This document shows, piece after piece, positions 60,963-64,000 of a stretch of DNA of 64,000 nucleotides. The translations under genes and the position numbers were made by a program. Numbering within the stretch: the first letter of the stretch is position 1; each line of letters begins with the position of its first letter. Source of the DNA: Anaerolineaceae bacterium (GTDB taxonomy: Bacteria; Chloroflexota; Anaerolineae; Anaerolineales; E44-bin32); NCBI GenBank assembly GCA_020350285.1, contig CP070708.1, forward strand, positions 1,650,992 through 1,714,991. Reading direction: 5' to 3'. A model generated the notes under the pieces. That model was not told the DNA's origin. It ran no database searches and saw nothing but the letters and a program-made list of their open reading frames with translations.

Positions 60963-61559
60963 TTGGATGCTGTTCGTCGTTTTCTCGACAGGCTTCAAAG
61001 CTACGGTCAAATTGTAAACATCGCAGAGATCGCACGCCGTTATTTCGCCATGAACGCGTTTGATGGTGTGCTGACGATCATCGGTGTGCTTATGGGCAAC
61101 TTCACAGCCGGTGTCGAAGATCCACGCATCGTCGTTACGACGGGTCTGGCGACGTGCGTCGCCATGGGGATTTCGGGATTATGGGGGGCCTACCTCACGG
61201 AAGCCGCCGAACGTCAACGAGAACTGCTGGAGCTTGAACAAGATATCCTCACGGATCTTCAAGATACCACGCTGGGGAAAGCCTCTCGAGCGGCCGTTGT
61301 CATCGTCGCACTTGTTGATGGCCTTTCTCCCTTCCTGGCGGCTTTAGTAGTCTTAACCCCCTTCTTCGTTCCCCAGCTCTTCCCATCACTCCGTTGGACA
61401 TACATCACCGCCATCGCCTTGGCGTTGATCACATTATTCAGCTTAGGTGCATTCCTCGGGCACATATCCCGTCGGAACATCGCCATTTATGGGTTTAGGA
61501 CAGTCATCGCCGGCGGCATCTCCATCGTCATCAGTCTGCTGCTTGGTGGAGCACACTGA
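60963..61559 (+). CDS. VIT1/CCC1-like membrane protein (archaeal TIGR00267-like)
   Basis: RRYFAMNAFDGVLT and AMGISGLWGAYLTEAAER motifs, multiple TM helices. Confidence 0.82.
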   Translation: MDAVRRFLDRLQSYGQIVNIAEIARRYFAMNAFDGVLTIIGVLMGNFTAGVEDPRIVVTTGLATCVAMGISGLWGAYLTEAAERQRELLELEQDILTDLQDTTLGKASRAAVVIVALVDGLSPFLAALVVLTPFFVPQLFPSLRWTYITAIALALITLFSLGAFLGHISRRNIAIYGFRTVIAGGISIVISLLLGGAH

Positions 61560-61593
61560 TCACTGGATGGTGTCTACTGACAAAGGGTATGAT

Positions 61594-62526
61594 ATGAACA
61601 GCAGCACTCCCGTTATCCGCACCCACGACCTCACCAAACGATTTAAAAAACTCACAGCTGTGGACGAGGTTAATTTTGAGGTCCATCAAGGCGAGGTTTT
61701 TGGTTTCCTGGGTCCCAATGGGGCAGGGAAGACGACGACCATCGCTATGTTACTGGGTCTCGTAAGACCTACTACAGGTAGCGCCGAGGTCTTGGGCCAC
61801 GACATCCGCCGCGACCTGAGTGTAGCGCTGCGCAGAGTGGGTGCCATCGTGGAAACTCCTGCGTTTTATCCTTATATGAGCGGGATCGATAACCTGCGCC
61901 TCTTTGCCCGTATCGACGGCGGCGATACTGAGAAACAGATTCCAGCTATTATCGAACAAGTTGGTTTAAAGGGGCGTGGCAAGGACAAGGTTGGCACATA
62001 TTCGCAGGGAATGCGGCAGCGATTGGGATTGGGTGCAGCGTTATTAGGTGGCCCCGAGCTTCTCATTCTGGATGAACCAACCAACGGGCTTGACCCGGCT
62101 GGGATGCAAGAGATGCGGGTCCTCATTCGACGCTTGTCCGATGAGGAAGGCAAAACTGTCTTCCTGTCAAGCCATCTGCTGCATGAGGTCGAGCAGGTTT
62201 GTGATCGGGTGCTGATCCTCAATAAGGGACAGGTGATCGCCCAAGGAGAGGTGGAGGAGTTGCTGAGTCAAGCTCACGCTCTTGAGTTGCGGATTGAAGG
62301 TGTGGAGAAGGCTGCAGAGGTGCTATCCAATTTGGACTGGGTGCAGGGCACGAGTCATGAAGGTGACTGGCTACACATTCAAGCACCCCCAGAGCGAGCG
62401 CCGGAGTTGTTGTCTGCTTTAGCGTCGCATTCTCTCTTTCCTTTCGAAGTTCGACCTATCGTATCGACGCTAGAAAGCGTTTTCCTTGATTTGACCAATG
62501 AGAGGGCGGAGGAGACGGATGCGTAG
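61594..62526 (+). CDS. ABC transporter ATP-binding protein (BcrA-like)
   Basis: GPNGAGKTT, YSQGMRQRL and LDEPTNGLDP motifs. Confidence 0.95.
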   Translation: MNSSTPVIRTHDLTKRFKKLTAVDEVNFEVHQGEVFGFLGPNGAGKTTTIAMLLGLVRPTTGSAEVLGHDIRRDLSVALRRVGAIVETPAFYPYMSGIDNLRLFARIDGGDTEKQIPAIIEQVGLKGRGKDKVGTYSQGMRQRLGLGAALLGGPELLILDEPTNGLDPAGMQEMRVLIRRLSDEEGKTVFLSSHLLHEVEQVCDRVLILNKGQVIAQGEVEELLSQAHALELRIEGVEKAAEVLSNLDWVQGTSHEGDWLHIQAPPERAPELLSALASHSLFPFEVRPIVSTLESVFLDLTNERAEETDA

Positions 62527-63496
62527 CTTCCTCTCTGCGGAATGGATAAGGATGCGACGGCTCTGGCTGACGTGGGTTCTCTTGGTGTTGATTCTCGTCG
62601 TCTTGGCATTACAGGTCAACGGCAAGTTGATTGAACTGGAGGAGTTAAAGACTGAAGTTGAGACAGGTGTCTCGGCGTCTGATGGCTCTCTATTAACTCC
62701 TCATCAAATCGAAGGGAATCTTATCTTGATCCAGATTCTAACGACGGATCTGAGCTATCCTGCTTTCATCGGTACCGTGGCCCATCTTTCTACGGGATTC
62801 GGTTGGTTCTTTGTCATCCTCCTCACGGTAGTATTTGGCGGTGAGGATTTCAGTCGGCGGACCATCCCAGTCATCCTGATACGTGGCGTCCGTCGGAGCG
62901 ATTATCTGATCGCTCGCACTCTCGCATTATGGTTAGCGATGGGAGTAGTCGTTGTCATCATCATGATCCTGTCCGCCGCTTTAGGTCCATTTATTCATCG
63001 GCAGGTGACTGCTGATCCTATCTCTCTTGAAGGATTGGGGGATGCGCTGCTTTGGGTGCTTCGATCTTGGATAACCTGCCTGCCCTTCATCGTTGCAGTC
63101 CTTTTCTGGGCAGTATTGGCTCGCAATATGGGGCCAGCTTTGGGCGTCGGGATTGGTCTGCACACATTAGAGGTCATCTATGGGTTGGTTTTGCCGATTT
63201 TTGCGACCATCTTTGCAAATGCTGATCCGACCGGTGAAGCGGTGCCGTGGTTCTATCGTGTGCAAATGCAATTATTTAGCCTCTCGCTTGGATACAACTC
63301 CGGTGTATTCCTGAATTGGGGCGCTCCCTTTTCTCGGGATGCGATATTCATTGAGGGAACCCTGGGATTGAGTAGTGAAACCTTACTACCTACGACACCA
63401 GAAAGAGGGTTGGCATTCTTGCTGGGTTATACGATCGTTTTCTTCGGGTGGACGATGTGGATCTTGCGTCGGCGCGATATCAGGTTTGGACCATAA
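62519..63496 (+). CDS. ABC-2 family permease
   Basis: AEW.RMRR, GEDFSRRTI...RGV.R and terminal RRDI. Confidence 0.88.
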   Translation: MRSFLSAEWIRMRRLWLTWVLLVLILVVLALQVNGKLIELEELKTEVETGVSASDGSLLTPHQIEGNLILIQILTTDLSYPAFIGTVAHLSTGFGWFFVILLTVVFGGEDFSRRTIPVILIRGVRRSDYLIARTLALWLAMGVVVVIIMILSAALGPFIHRQVTADPISLEGLGDALLWVLRSWITCLPFIVAVLFWAVLARNMGPALGVGIGLHTLEVIYGLVLPIFATIFANADPTGEAVPWFYRVQMQLFSLSLGYNSGVFLNWGAPFSRDAIFIEGTLGLSSETLLPTTPERGLAFLLGYTIVFFGWTMWILRRRDIRFGP

Positions 63497-63512
63497 TGAG
63501 TTTGGAAAGGCT

Positions 63513-64000
63513 ATGGATGCCCTAGGAACGCTTTCACGATTGACCCGGATCGAGATCCTCAAGTTCTGGCGCAAATCTACTGCCCGCGTGGTTTTATTGT
63601 TTTTATTTGTCGGTCCCATCTTGGGAGAAGCCGCATTGGCGAGTTTTTCTATACGCGATGCGACATTCCCCCAAATCACGCAGTTCATGTTTTCATCCGA
63701 CATGCTGATGTTGATCGCATTGATGATGGTTGTGGTTTCAGTTATGGCCTTGGGTAACGATTATGAATTAGGGACGGTGACCGTCGTCCTCAGTCGAGGG
63801 GTGGATCGATACCAATTCATTTTATCGAAAATCATCGCTACTGTTTCTGCAGCTCTCACCAACGGGTTTGTATTCATGATCTCTGCCTTTGTCTCAACAT
63901 ACGTGGTTCACGTCACATACAGCGACGTGCCATTCGTTGAAGCGGCAGGTGGGGATATCGTTTGGCGGTTGATAGGTGCCATTGGAGTGATCGGCTTGGT
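63513..64000 (+). CDS. Second ABC-2 family permease (partial)
   Basis: Translated by hand: MDALGTLSRLTRIEILKFWRK...GNDYELGTV..VLSRGVDR.QFILSK; open to the window end. Confidence 0.85.
   Translation, partial: MDALGTLSRLTRIEILKFWRKSTARVVLLFLFVGPILGEAALASFSIRDATFPQITQFMFSSDMLMLIALMMVVVSVMALGNDYELGTVTVVLSRGVDRYQFILSKIIATVSAALTNGFVFMISAFVSTYVVHVTYSDVPFVEAAGGDIVWRLIGAIGVIGL

Noticed and set aside
63496..63525. ATG overlapping the permease stop as start of the last gene
   Set aside because: That frame stops after 9 codons; the open frame begins at 63513.

Overview
This 64 kb bacterial window is probably from an Anaerolineae-like Chloroflexota genome, inferred from gene order and protein style rather than any search. 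The first ~44 kb is mostly core genes: rtcB-archease, an FhaA-like gene, mtnP, ffh-rpsP-khpA-rimM, pyrG, the rpmB/asp23-fakA-degV-degV-recG-coaD block, tRNA-Leu(TAG)-tig-clpP-clpX-HAD-rlmN, rpe, an efp operon, dinG, an ECF sigma, a full sufR/sufT plus sufCBD-X-SU-Rieske locus, and ppdK. A small accessory patch sits at 8.8-12.1 kb. From 44.4 kb to the end, about 20 unrelated genes all lie on the + strand, separated by palindrome-rich spacers (cassette-array-like, no integrase in the window). The most notable points are: an Arg-tipped EF-P (PGRG) coupled to an 8-Cys protein and a HAD-DinB fusion; two REP-like palindrome families; a nested inverted heptamer element; a candidate three-way-junction leader RNA ahead of a PDZ-inserted Ntn hydrolase; a SufR with a Cys-to-Asp change and twin operators; and several leaderless genes. 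No CRISPR array, transposase, integrase or rRNA was seen. All calls are by eye, without database searches.
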